From NCBI GenBank assembly GCA_041577295.1, contig JBFGJG010000003.1, positions 32,001-96,000 of the forward strand: DNA of 64,000 nt, read 5' to 3'. This stretch comes from Gemmatimonadales bacterium. Its GTDB lineage: Bacteria; Gemmatimonadota; Gemmatimonadetes; Gemmatimonadales; GWC2-71-9. The notes under the pieces were generated by a model, which was given only the letters and a program-made list of their open reading frames with translations, was not told the origin of the DNA and ran no database searches. The position numbers and the translations under genes are program-made. Below, in pieces: positions 48,701-57,317 of this stretch (the first letter of the stretch is position 1; every line of letters begins with the position of its first letter).

Positions 48701-49128
48701 ATCTCGAAGATCTGCGGCTCCTCAGCGGCGCTTGGAAGTTCGGGTTTGGCGATGTCCACCTTCTCCCGCACCTGCTGCAGCGCTTCGTTCATGTCGGAGC
48801 CGGCGGTGAACTCCACGTTGATGCTCGAGTACCCCTCGATGGACGTGGACGAGATCGTCTTGACATCCGCAATGCCGTTCAGCTCGTCCTCGATGGGCCG
48901 CGTGATGAGCGTCTCAATGTCGCGTGGCGCAACCCCAGGATAGAGGGTGTTGATCACGATGTTGGGGATTGTGATTTCCGGATTGGATTCACGCGGAATC
49001 CCCGCGTACGCGAGCAGGCCTGATACGATCAGGATGAACATCAAGACTAGGACGCTGGTCGGATGATCGACGGCCAGCGAGGTCAGCGGAAACTGCTTGA
49101 ATTCGCCACGGCGTTGCATCCGTGCCAT
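45703..49128 (-). CDS. RND efflux permease, AcrB/AcrD/AcrF family
   Basis: YPGVAPRDIETLITRPIE, GMLVDNGIVVVENI and RFRPVILTAITT motifs. Confidence 0.93.
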   Translation of the reverse strand: MARMQRRGEFKQFPLTSLAVDHPTSVLVLMFILIVSGLLAYAGIPRESNPEITIPNIVINTLYPGVAPRDIETLITRPIEDELNGIADVKTISSTSIEGYSSINVEFTAGSDMNEALQQVREKVDIAKPELPSAAEEPQIFEINISEFPIMQVNVAGDYDLVRLREVAEDLQDRIELIPSVLQVSLAGGLEREVQVDVDLAKLKFYDLAFDDVIDAIRNENVTVPGGTIDVGNVKYLVRVPGEFEATAPIADVVLVTRSGRPIYLRDVANVDFGFKERDSFARLDGKPVVTLSVSKRSGENIIATADEVREAIAAAAPTFPPGTIVKITSDQSEDINEMVSSLENNIISGLILVVGVLLFFLGVQTASFVGIAIPLSMLISFSIMQLLGFTMNIVVLFSLILALGMLVDNGIVVVENIYRYREEGHDRTTAAKLGTGEVAMPIIASTATTLAAFAPMAFWPGIIGEFMKFLPLTLIITLSSSLFVGLVINPVLCSLWLDPETGPKQEFTPAAKKLMTAAIVVAVLVGLVTSWLATVLLAITAVVLFYVHRHATAPFGHWFIHKGLPTVLRRYERVLRSALRHRLRVLAGAGASLVIAVATFGMLNAGIELFPEDIPPPTAYVQVEGPIGTRVEQTDAIAERVEQVVANLSEDERRNFKSVVTTVGQAVSNDFGGGRGTHLATVAVTFVDFQDQTIPASELLDRLRASLINEIAGAEISVDVIQPGPPTGLPVSIEIVGDDVETLKRLGDEVVATLERSPVFAKLDGLESDMSDGRPELIVDVDRERAALYGLNTRDVGFTVRSAINGTEASTYRDGRDEYDITVRLARAYRNNLGALGDLTVVNEQGQQIPLLSVANWHVGEGFADVRRKDLSKVVTISSDVRPGFNGNAVLAEVQTELAALQQTLPAGYTMAYTGEQQEQEESQAFLLGAFFTAVFLIGFILVTQFDSVTKPLIILSSVVLSTIGVLIGLMVFRMPFGIIMTGVGVISLAGVVVNNAIVLIDYVDQLRFRDGLSRREALVRGGVTRFRPVILTAITTVLGLVPLAIGLNFDFFGLYSSLNPDPYWGGEQAAWWGPMAIAVIAGLTFATFLTLLLVPVMYSLLDDLDDWMAKHFKRVPHIEVPHDAPPRTDEHRTPEPAIV

Positions 49129-49129
49129 C

Positions 49130-50272
49130 TTATCTCCCCCGCTCGTCGAAGCGCGGCGAATCGTTCACCACGCGAATTCTGCTCCCATCGTCCACCTGCT
49201 TGTGGCCGAGCGTAATCAGCAGTTCACCAACGCGAAGGCCCTCTTCGATCACCGTCCGGTTGGCGGCGCTCGCACCGAGAATCACTCGACGGGCTTCAGC
49301 GTACGTGTGACCGTCCCGTTCGATGGCGACAAATACCTTGTAGCCATCCGCCGCACGTTGCACCACCTCCTGAGGCACCACGATCACGCTATCCAACTGC
49401 TGATGTTGGACCTGTACGTTCGCCACCATGTGCGGTTTGACCACTCGATCCGGATTGGCCATGACGATCTCGATGGGGAAGGTTCGGTTTCCCGGATCAA
49501 CACTGCTGCCCACGAAACCGATTCGCCCTTCGAACTCTCGCCCGGGGAACACATCGAACCAGATGCGCGCCGGGCTCCCAACGCGCACGCTGCGTGCGTA
49601 CCGCTCGGGAATACCCGCGGCGACCTTCACTCTCGACGTGGAGACCACGCGCACGACGGGGGCCCCGATCGTCGCCATCTCACCCGCCTGGAGGTACTTC
49701 GTATCAAACACTCCAGCAACCGGCGCCACAATCGCCGTACGGGCGAGACGCTCCTCGAGCTGCGCCAAGCGGGCGGCTGCTTGTTCGGACTGGTAACGGG
49801 CCTGAAGGAACGCGATCTCGGTGCCGATCTTCGCTTCCTCCCACAGCTGCCGCTGCCGGTCGTACTGCTCACGCGCCAAATCGGCGGATGCACGGGCTTC
49901 GGCAACCTGAGCCTGCAAGAGCTTATCTTCGAGCTTTGCGATGACCTGCCCTTGCGTCACACGCTGACCTTTTTCCACCAGGAACCGAGCGATGGGCCCC
50001 GATTCCTCGGCGGCGATGGTGACGTCGTGCAGTGCCTCGACTTCACCCGTCACCCGGATGTAGTCGGCGAACGCGCCGACGGTCACAGGTGTGATCTCGA
50101 CGTTCACCACGCGGACTCCCGCGGCGGATGCTGAATCCAGATCCGCCGCTTCGTCAGCGTTCCCCTCCGCGGGCGAACACCCTCCAACCAGCACGGGGAG
50201 TGCGACGAGGAGCGTACCGGCCACCAGGCACGCGCGATTCGCGAGGCGCTGGTTCATCCCTTGCCACATCAT
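49130..50272 (-). CDS. RND periplasmic adaptor (membrane fusion protein)
   Basis: Lipobox-like VGGC; GEVEA...G.IARFLVEKGQRV, IVAPVAGV and VDPGNRTF motifs. Confidence 0.9.
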   Translation of the reverse strand: MMWQGMNQRLANRACLVAGTLLVALPVLVGGCSPAEGNADEAADLDSASAAGVRVVNVEITPVTVGAFADYIRVTGEVEALHDVTIAAEESGPIARFLVEKGQRVTQGQVIAKLEDKLLQAQVAEARASADLAREQYDRQRQLWEEAKIGTEIAFLQARYQSEQAAARLAQLEERLARTAIVAPVAGVFDTKYLQAGEMATIGAPVVRVVSTSRVKVAAGIPERYARSVRVGSPARIWFDVFPGREFEGRIGFVGSSVDPGNRTFPIEIVMANPDRVVKPHMVANVQVQHQQLDSVIVVPQEVVQRAADGYKVFVAIERDGHTYAEARRVILGASAANRTVIEEGLRVGELLITLGHKQVDDGSRIRVVNDSPRFDERGR

Positions 50273-51771
50273 TGTGATTCGCTCCTATCGCGCGACGCGA
50301 GCGCTCCCGCTCTGTCGGGCACGACCCCGACCGTCGCTTCGAGTTGCGCCCGGGCTATCAGATAGTCGTAGACCGCCCGCGCATAGTTAAATTCCGACTC
50401 CCGTAACACAACTTCGGCGTCGGTGATTTGCAGTTGTGTCCCCACACCCGCGTTGTACTCGGCGGATGCGATCTCGTACCCGCGCTGCGCTTGCGCCACC
50501 GCGCGTGCCTGTGCGGCGGCACGCGCACGCGCCTCGGCGACACTCTCGAGCACCGTGCGAAGCTGGCTGGCCGCCTCCTGATGGACGCGTTCCAACCGAG
50601 CTTCGTTTTGACGAACACGGGCCCCCGCCTGCGCTGCCCGTGCGGAACGGGCGAAGCCGCTGAACACCGGAACTTCGACGCGCAATCCCGCCACCGTGGA
50701 GGTAGAGCGTTGGTTTGAATTCTCGCCGAAGAAACTGAGGCTCCCATTCTCTTGCGCCGTCACATCGTACGACGAGAACACGCTGAGCGTGGGAAAGAAG
50801 TCGGACCGTTCGGCGGCGCGACGAGCTTCCTCGAGCGTGATCGTGACCTCGAGCTGCCGCAGATCGGTGCGCTGCCTGCGCGTGAGCAACCACAGATCCT
50901 CATATGGACGATCGAGCAGATCACCGGCGCCAGCCACGTAAAGCAAAGCCGTATTCTCCGGGGAGTTGGCCTCGAGCGCCGTGAGATCCATAGCCGAAAG
51001 GTCGCCTTCCAGCTCGACAGGTTGCTCCGGATCGAGTCCCATCTCCACTAGCAGCATCCGCTTGGCAGCCTTTACGGCATTGAGAGCACGTAGCACGTTG
51101 GGTTCGAGGTTGGCGACCTGCACCTCGAATCGCAGCACGTCGTACTCGCTCGCCAGACCAGCACGGTTCATCCCTCGGGTCGCGCCGAGTGTTTGGCGCA
51201 CCCGCTCGAGACTCTTTTCAGTGAGCCGTACCTCCTCAGCAGCCAACAGCGCATCGAAGTAAGCCTGACGAACCGCGGTGACGACCTGCTGCGTCGTACC
51301 ACGGAGTCTCTCCGACTGGAGCTCCTGAAACCGGCCCGCCGCGCTCACTCCAATGAATGCCTTGGCCTCGAATAGAGGCTGGTCGAAGGTCAAGGTCGCG
51401 CGCCAGGTGTTGTCCGATCCAAAGCGTACCGGCACCAAGTCGGTTGGCGATGCGTTCGGATCGAAGATGATCGCTGGCAGGAATGCCTGCTGGACTTTGA
51501 GATTGCGAGAGTAGGATGCGCTAGCCCGAATATCGGGCATGACATTGCTCCACGCCTCGCGCACCTGCTGCCCGGCGAGATCGAGATCCGCTTCGGCGTC
51601 CTCGAGCGTGAAACTCTGGTCCAATGCTATCTGTATGCTCTGGGCCAGTGAGTACCGCTCCGCCGTAGCCGTCTGCGCTGCCGCAGATCCAGTGACACAC
51701 GTCGCCAATGCGAAAACGGCCAGCGCACGACGAAGCGAGCTCCACTGCGCCCGCCCGGTTAATCCGCTCAT
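50269..51771 (-). CDS. TolC family outer-membrane factor
   Basis: Signal peptide and OEP-type helical repeats (VRQAYFDALLA, EYNAGVGTQLQITDAE). Confidence 0.9.
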   Translation of the reverse strand: MSGLTGRAQWSSLRRALAVFALATCVTGSAAAQTATAERYSLAQSIQIALDQSFTLEDAEADLDLAGQQVREAWSNVMPDIRASASYSRNLKVQQAFLPAIIFDPNASPTDLVPVRFGSDNTWRATLTFDQPLFEAKAFIGVSAAGRFQELQSERLRGTTQQVVTAVRQAYFDALLAAEEVRLTEKSLERVRQTLGATRGMNRAGLASEYDVLRFEVQVANLEPNVLRALNAVKAAKRMLLVEMGLDPEQPVELEGDLSAMDLTALEANSPENTALLYVAGAGDLLDRPYEDLWLLTRRQRTDLRQLEVTITLEEARRAAERSDFFPTLSVFSSYDVTAQENGSLSFFGENSNQRSTSTVAGLRVEVPVFSGFARSARAAQAGARVRQNEARLERVHQEAASQLRTVLESVAEARARAAAQARAVAQAQRGYEIASAEYNAGVGTQLQITDAEVVLRESEFNYARAVYDYLIARAQLEATVGVVPDRAGALASRDRSESQ

Positions 51772-52436
51772 TGCTCCTCTCCTCCATCCGACTGGCCGCT
51801 CGGCGTTGGCTTGATTCCATCAACGAGAAACGGCCCGAACGCCTCGTACAGATCGACCGGCGACATTGGCGTTCTGACACCATCAGTCGGCGGCTCCGCG
51901 CACGACAACGTCAGCGTCACCAACCCGTGCACCGAGGACCACAGATACATCGACATCAGATCCGGATCCGCGCGCCGCAGGTTGCCTGCATGCATAGCGT
52001 CCACGATCGACTGCCGAAGCAGATGGTAGCCCCCGCCCTCAGGGAGATCCGCGACAGCCTGCTCGTGTCGAGGCTGAATGCTGAAGATGACTCGGAAATG
52101 GGCCTGGTTTTCGAGTGCAAATCGCAAATACGCCTCGCCGAGCGCCTGGATACGTCGGAGCGATCCCTTCGGGTGCGCTCGCATACCCCTCTCCAGGTAC
52201 TCGCCAAACCGCTCGAAACCCATGCGAACCACTCGGTCCACCAGATCCTGCTTGTTCTTGAAGTAGTGGTAGATCGCGGTCGCCGTTACGCCCACACGCT
52301 CGGCGACAGCCCGCATGGAGAGTGCATCGACCCCGCCCTTCGCCAGGAAATCACGGGCAGCCTCGAGGATGGCATCCTCGAGCTGCGCCCGATGGCTCTG
52401 CGGGGGGTCCACTGAAGATCGGTGTGTGGTGGTCAT
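51768..52436 (-). CDS. TetR/AcrR family transcriptional regulator
   Basis: HTH ILEAARDFLAKGGVDALSMRAVAERVGVTATAIYHYFKNK; first gene of the RND operon. Confidence 0.93.
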   Translation of the reverse strand: MTTTHRSSVDPPQSHRAQLEDAILEAARDFLAKGGVDALSMRAVAERVGVTATAIYHYFKNKQDLVDRVVRMGFERFGEYLERGMRAHPKGSLRRIQALGEAYLRFALENQAHFRVIFSIQPRHEQAVADLPEGGGYHLLRQSIVDAMHAGNLRRADPDLMSMYLWSSVHGLVTLTLSCAEPPTDGVRTPMSPVDLYEAFGPFLVDGIKPTPSGQSDGGEEQ

Positions 52437-52550
52437 CGCTGCCCCATGCGGGCCTGCCTAGTCATTGGTGTATATCGATTGTACAGCTATTTAGGGTCTC
52501 GGCCCCGGCTCGAGCGTGGTAAACAGTGACTTTGGAATTAGCTGTACATG

Positions 52551-52592
52551 TTAACAGCGTTAACTTAACGGCGTTAACCTAACACTGTTAAC
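52551..52592. promoter_or_regulatory. Triple tandem palindromic operator, probably bound by the adjacent TetR
   Basis: TTAACAGCGTTAAC, TTAACGGCGTTAAC and CTAACACTGTTAAC at a 14-bp period in an AT-rich patch upstream of tetR. Confidence 0.75.
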
Positions 52593-52636
52593 CTACGATG
52601 GGAAGCCCCGATTGGTTTCGGGGATGGAGATGAGGC

Positions 52637-53680
52637 TCAGTGCCAGCGGAAGATTCGCAGTGCAAGACCAAACGAGCCGACCCCCCACACCAGCATGATG
52701 CCAAGCAGTGGCAGTGTGGCCGAGAGACCGACGCCATCCAGCATCACCGCGCGTAGCGCATCGTTGAGCGCGGTGAGTGGGAGCGCCTGCAAGAACGGTT
52801 GGATGACCTCAGGAAAGTTAGAATAGGCGAAGAACACACCTGAGCCGATCCACATCGGCACCATGACGAAGTTGAGGAGGCCGGACACGCCCTCGATGGT
52901 CTTGGACCGGCTCGCCACTAGCAGACCCAATCCAGAGAAGGCGAGCGCGCCGAGCACGACGATGCTCGTGACGGCCGCAATCGACCCCCGGACCGGTACA
53001 CCAAACACGAGCGCACCAAACAGCAACAGCAGACCCACTTCACCACCGAGAAACACCAGCCGGCTCAGCATGAAACCCATGAGAAACTGACTGCGTCGCA
53101 TGGGGGATGCGAGCAACCGTTTCAGCAGGCGTTCTTTGCGGGCTTTCACGATGCCGAATCCCACGCCCCACATACCCGTGCCCATGATCCCCATCCCCAG
53201 AAGTCCCGGAAGCAGGAAATCGATGTACCGGGACCCCGGCTCGTTCACTCGTTCGTCGCGGATGATCCGCACGTCTCGGCGACCGCTGGCCTGTTGGATG
53301 GCACGGTCAGTCACCAGCCGCGCAACGAGACTCTCTTCTCGCGTCGAATCGTACTGAAACACCACGGGAGTTCCCGGCCGCACCACCAGTGCAACTCGTC
53401 CCGTGCGTAGGCGGTAAAACGCCTCGTCGGGGTCGAGGAGCACTGGCTCGATGCTAGGTGCCGAGTCGAGCATCGCGAAGATCGCTTCTGCATCCGGAAG
53501 ATTCTCGACCGCGACCCTGGTTTTGGACATGCCGCGGTTCTGAAACGCCACGCCGAGCGCAATTGCCAGGAGGACCGGGAAGACGAAGATCCAAAACATG
53601 GCTTCCGGCTCGCGGGTGAACTCGCGGACGCGCCAGAGCGTGAGTTGCCAAAGTGGATGTCGCGCCAGCTTAGTCATCAC
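52637..53680 (-). CDS. ABC-2 type exporter permease
   Basis: YIDFLLPGLLGM, LKRLLASP and SGVFF...ALPLT motifs. Confidence 0.9.
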   Translation of the reverse strand: MMTKLARHPLWQLTLWRVREFTREPEAMFWIFVFPVLLAIALGVAFQNRGMSKTRVAVENLPDAEAIFAMLDSAPSIEPVLLDPDEAFYRLRTGRVALVVRPGTPVVFQYDSTREESLVARLVTDRAIQQASGRRDVRIIRDERVNEPGSRYIDFLLPGLLGMGIMGTGMWGVGFGIVKARKERLLKRLLASPMRRSQFLMGFMLSRLVFLGGEVGLLLLFGALVFGVPVRGSIAAVTSIVVLGALAFSGLGLLVASRSKTIEGVSGLLNFVMVPMWIGSGVFFAYSNFPEVIQPFLQALPLTALNDALRAVMLDGVGLSATLPLLGIMLVWGVGSFGLALRIFRWH

Positions 53681-54611
53681 GCAAATGCCTCCCGGTGAGT
53701 GCCAGAAAGACGTCCTCCAGGGTTGCGTGATGAGTCGCGAGCTCGCTCAGCGCTGCGCCACGGTCGCCCAGCAGCCGCATCAGCGCCGGAACCGTCTCGT
53801 GCACGCGGTTGACGGTGAGCCGGGTCTTGCCGTCACCGTCGGCCACCCCTTCCACGCCGGGGAGGGACGCCAGAGCACCATCGTCGATTCGCGTTTCATC
53901 CACGAGCGCGAATTCGACAACGTGTTGCGCGCCGAGCGACGTGATGAGGTCGCGGGGGGAGCCGAGCGCGATGATACGACCATGATCGATGATCGCAACC
54001 CGGTCGCACAGGCGCTGGGCCTCCTCCATGTAGTGCGTCGTGAGTAGGACGGTGCCCCCCTTGGCGCGAAACCGCTCGATGATATCCCACAGCTGACGGC
54101 GTGATTGCGGATCCAACCCAGTCGTCGGCTCGTCGAGGAAAAGGATATCCGGCTGGCAGATTAGCGCGCAGGCAACCGCAAGGCGCTGCCGTTGACCGCC
54201 CGACAGCTTGCTGACCCACGCGTTGCGCTTCTCGTTCAGCTGGACCATGTCCATCACGACATCAACGGACGTGCCCCGCCGATAAAAGCTGCGAAACAAC
54301 GCCAACACCTCACCAACGGTCAGCTTGTCGGGGAGGCGGGTCTCCTGAAGCTGCGTTCCCATTCGCTGACGGAGCTCCGCCTCGTGCGTGCGCCACGAGA
54401 GGCCCAGCACCACCACCGACCCGGCATCCGGGGGCATCAACCCCTGGATGATTTCGATGGTCGTCGTCTTTCCAGCGCCGTTAGGTCCCAACATGCCAAA
54501 GCACTCGCCTCGAGCAACCTCCATATCGAGGCCATCGACGGCCGTGACGGAACCGTATCGCTTCACCAACCCGACACATTCGATCGCAGCGCTGGACATA
54601 GCCAGAATCAA
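53670..54611 (-). CDS. ABC-2 exporter ATP-binding protein
   Basis: Walker A GPNGAGKTT, LSGGQ, Walker B LFLDEPT, H-loop TTHY. Confidence 0.95.
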   Translation of the reverse strand: MILAMSSAAIECVGLVKRYGSVTAVDGLDMEVARGECFGMLGPNGAGKTTTIEIIQGLMPPDAGSVVVLGLSWRTHEAELRQRMGTQLQETRLPDKLTVGEVLALFRSFYRRGTSVDVVMDMVQLNEKRNAWVSKLSGGQRQRLAVACALICQPDILFLDEPTTGLDPQSRRQLWDIIERFRAKGGTVLLTTHYMEEAQRLCDRVAIIDHGRIIALGSPRDLITSLGAQHVVEFALVDETRIDDGALASLPGVEGVADGDGKTRLTVNRVHETVPALMRLLGDRGAALSELATHHATLEDVFLALTGRHLRDD

Positions 54612-54710
54612 GGGTATGACTCGTGATGAAGCAAGCCGTCACTGTCGGCCACTCTTCTTTCGATCCCCCTGGCCGCGTCGTACTATCCCAGCTCCACCTC
54701 TAGGAGTGTC

Positions 54711-55955
54711 GTGATGTTGCGATTACCTGTATGGCTGTTGGTGTTCGGTGTATCCGTAATCATTCCCTGTCCGTCGCCAGCGCAGGACTCTCCAACCCTC
54801 TACGTGACGAACGCCACCGTGATCGACGGCGTCGACTCGGTTCCCAAGCATGGTCAGACCATCGTGATCAGCGGCGCGAGGATCGGGCGCATCACCGGTG
54901 ATTCCGTCCCGATCCCACGCGGAGTAACGGTGCTCGACGTGCACGGCGCCTGGGTCCTTCCCGGCCTCATGGACGCGCACAGTCACGTCAACGACCTCGC
55001 TGGCGTCGAGCGAGCGTTAGCGTCTGGCGTGACGACGATCCGCACGGCGGGTGTTGGGGGCTACCGCGACGTCGCCATCCGCGCGCTCGTCCGTAACGGC
55101 CAACTTCCAGGACCGGACATCGTGGCCACTGGGATCTATGTCCAGCCCAACCTCGGCGATGCGGTGTTGGCAGACGAGCGGCTCCATCCATTAATGGACG
55201 GGGTGCGAACCGAGGAGCGCCTTCGCACGCTGGTACGGGTGAACGCTGATCACACCGTGGATTGGATGAAGACACGCGGGACTGAACGGGCCGGCCGACC
55301 CGACACCGATCCGCGGGAACAGGTGTACTCGGAGCGCGAGCTACGGGTGATCGTGGAGGAAGCGCGTCGTCACAACGTGCCGATCATGGCACATGCGCAC
55401 GGTGACGAGGGAATCCGAGCGGCCGTCCTCGCCGGCGTGCGCAGTATCGAACACGGAACCTTCGCCACGGAAACCACCTTGGCGCTGATGCGAGAACGCG
55501 GCACTTACCTCGTGCCCACGCTCAGCTCCATCTCGTCCTTCGGCCAGCCGGGCGACTATGCTGATCCCCGCTTATTTCTGCGCGGTCAGTTCATGGCTCC
55601 GCGCCGGCGCGCCGTCGTCCGACGAGCCTACGAACTGGGTATACCAATCGTGACCGGTGTCGACACCGACTACGGACCGGAGAGTTACGCGCGGGTCTCG
55701 CGAGAGGTGGGGTTCCTCGTTGAGCTGGGGATCTCGCCATGGGATGCGCTTCGCGGTGCCACGAGCCTCGCAGCCGAACTGTTGGGGATTGAGGAACACA
55801 CCGGTGCCCTTGTGCCGGGGTTGGAGGCGGATCTGATCGTGGTGGATCGCAATCCGCTCGAGGACGTGGGCGCGCTGCAAGACGTGCTGGTCGTCATCAG
55901 CAATGGCCGGGTGGCGGTGAATCGGTGGCCAAAGACGAGAGACACCTATCAGTAG
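54711..55955 (+). CDS. Secreted amidohydrolase (Xaa-Pro dipeptidase / imidazolonepropionase-like)
   Basis: Signal peptide; PGLMDAHSH, AHAHG, SIEHG, GVDT and ADLIVVDRNPL motifs. Confidence 0.88.
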   Translation: MMLRLPVWLLVFGVSVIIPCPSPAQDSPTLYVTNATVIDGVDSVPKHGQTIVISGARIGRITGDSVPIPRGVTVLDVHGAWVLPGLMDAHSHVNDLAGVERALASGVTTIRTAGVGGYRDVAIRALVRNGQLPGPDIVATGIYVQPNLGDAVLADERLHPLMDGVRTEERLRTLVRVNADHTVDWMKTRGTERAGRPDTDPREQVYSERELRVIVEEARRHNVPIMAHAHGDEGIRAAVLAGVRSIEHGTFATETTLALMRERGTYLVPTLSSISSFGQPGDYADPRLFLRGQFMAPRRRAVVRRAYELGIPIVTGVDTDYGPESYARVSREVGFLVELGISPWDALRGATSLAAELLGIEEHTGALVPGLEADLIVVDRNPLEDVGALQDVLVVISNGRVAVNRWPKTRDTYQ

Positions 55956-55975
55956 ATGAGCACCTGCGCAGCGGC

Positions 55976-57268
55976 ATGACCGGCTCCCCAGTCATCATCG
56001 GCATCGCGGGCGTCGCCGTTCTGCTCGCCTGGATTCTCCTGCTCGCGCAGGTGGATCCCGTGCCCACCTGGTTCTACGTATTCGCGTGGTACCCCACACT
56101 CGTACTGGCCGACGCATGGGCGAGCCGTCGAGAGGGAAGTCTACTCCTCGCAAGCGACCCCCGACTGGTGCTCTCGGTGCTCGGCTGGTCAGCGGTCGTC
56201 TGGCTCGTCTTCGAAGCCATAAACTTTCGATTGGCCAACTGGTACTACGTCTTCCTGCCTGCGAACCGCCTCGAACGATGGGCAGGAATCCTGATCTCCT
56301 TCGCCACCGTGGTACCGGCGGTCGTGTTGGCGGAACGGCTCCTTCGTTCACTCGGCGTCGGAACGCGCTGGCGTGGGCGGGAAGTTCGGGTCAGACAGTG
56401 GGAGATGCGTGCGGTTACCCTACTCGGGGCCGCCGTGACGGTCCTCGCGCTCCTCGAGCCGCGTCTATTCTACCCGTTGATCTGGGGAGGTGTCTGGCTC
56501 GTCGTCGACCCGTTCGTGTTTCGCCATCGCCCTGAGTGGTCACTCCTCAACGACCTTCGCGCGGGTGAGTTTGGACGGATCGGCAGGCTCATGCTGGGCG
56601 GCCTCGCCATTGGTTTTCTTTGGGAGTTTTACAACGCTTGGGCTCGTGGCAAGTGGATCTACACGGTGCCGTGGCTAGAACAGGTCAAACTGTTCGAGAT
56701 GCCGCCGCTTGGATTCATTGGGTTTCCGTTCTTTGCCCTGGAGGCGTGGAGCATATATCACGCGCTCTGCGTCCTGCGGATCGCGCGCCCCCTCAGAAGA
56801 GCAGGCGAGAAATCGACCAACGCCGTGCCATATAGCGTGGTCCGGATGAGGGGGGTGACCGCAGTAGGCGTCGCCGGACTTTTTGCGGTCGTCGCACTGT
56901 TGGGAATGGAGCGGTGGACGATTAGCTCGGTGGTGCCAACGCTCGCCGATGTTCCGGGAATCACACCTGAGCAGGTCGATGATCTACACCGAGTCGGTAT
57001 CGATTCGCCCTTCGCACTCGCCAGCGCATCAAGCGGCACGGTGGACCACCGGTTAATCGCTGCGGCACAGCTCACCACGCTTCGCGGCATCGGAGCCGAA
57101 CACGCCGCACGGTTGATAGAGCTCCGAATTGGTACCGTCTGCGAGCTGGCCGGCACAAATGCCGAAGTTTTGTTCCGCGAGTATCACGAGGTTGCTACTT
57201 CGAACCGTCCAACCGCGGCGGAAGTGCGGATCTGGATCCGTGCCGCTCAGGAGGAGTGTTTTCACTGA
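55976..57268 (+). CDS. Polytopic membrane protein with C-terminal helix-hairpin-helix (DUF4332-like) domain
   Basis: Many Trp-rich TM segments; C-terminal DVPGITPE, LRGIGAEHA and RPTAAEVRIWIRAA. Confidence 0.7.
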   Translation: MTGSPVIIGIAGVAVLLAWILLLAQVDPVPTWFYVFAWYPTLVLADAWASRREGSLLLASDPRLVLSVLGWSAVVWLVFEAINFRLANWYYVFLPANRLERWAGILISFATVVPAVVLAERLLRSLGVGTRWRGREVRVRQWEMRAVTLLGAAVTVLALLEPRLFYPLIWGGVWLVVDPFVFRHRPEWSLLNDLRAGEFGRIGRLMLGGLAIGFLWEFYNAWARGKWIYTVPWLEQVKLFEMPPLGFIGFPFFALEAWSIYHALCVLRIARPLRRAGEKSTNAVPYSVVRMRGVTAVGVAGLFAVVALLGMERWTISSVVPTLADVPGITPEQVDDLHRVGIDSPFALASASSGTVDHRLIAAAQLTTLRGIGAEHAARLIELRIGTVCELAGTNAEVLFREYHEVATSNRPTAAEVRIWIRAAQEECFH

Positions 57269-57317
57269 CAGAGGCAGAGGAACCAGCGGCGGGCTGGATC
57301 TCCTGCCTCTCGTGCCT

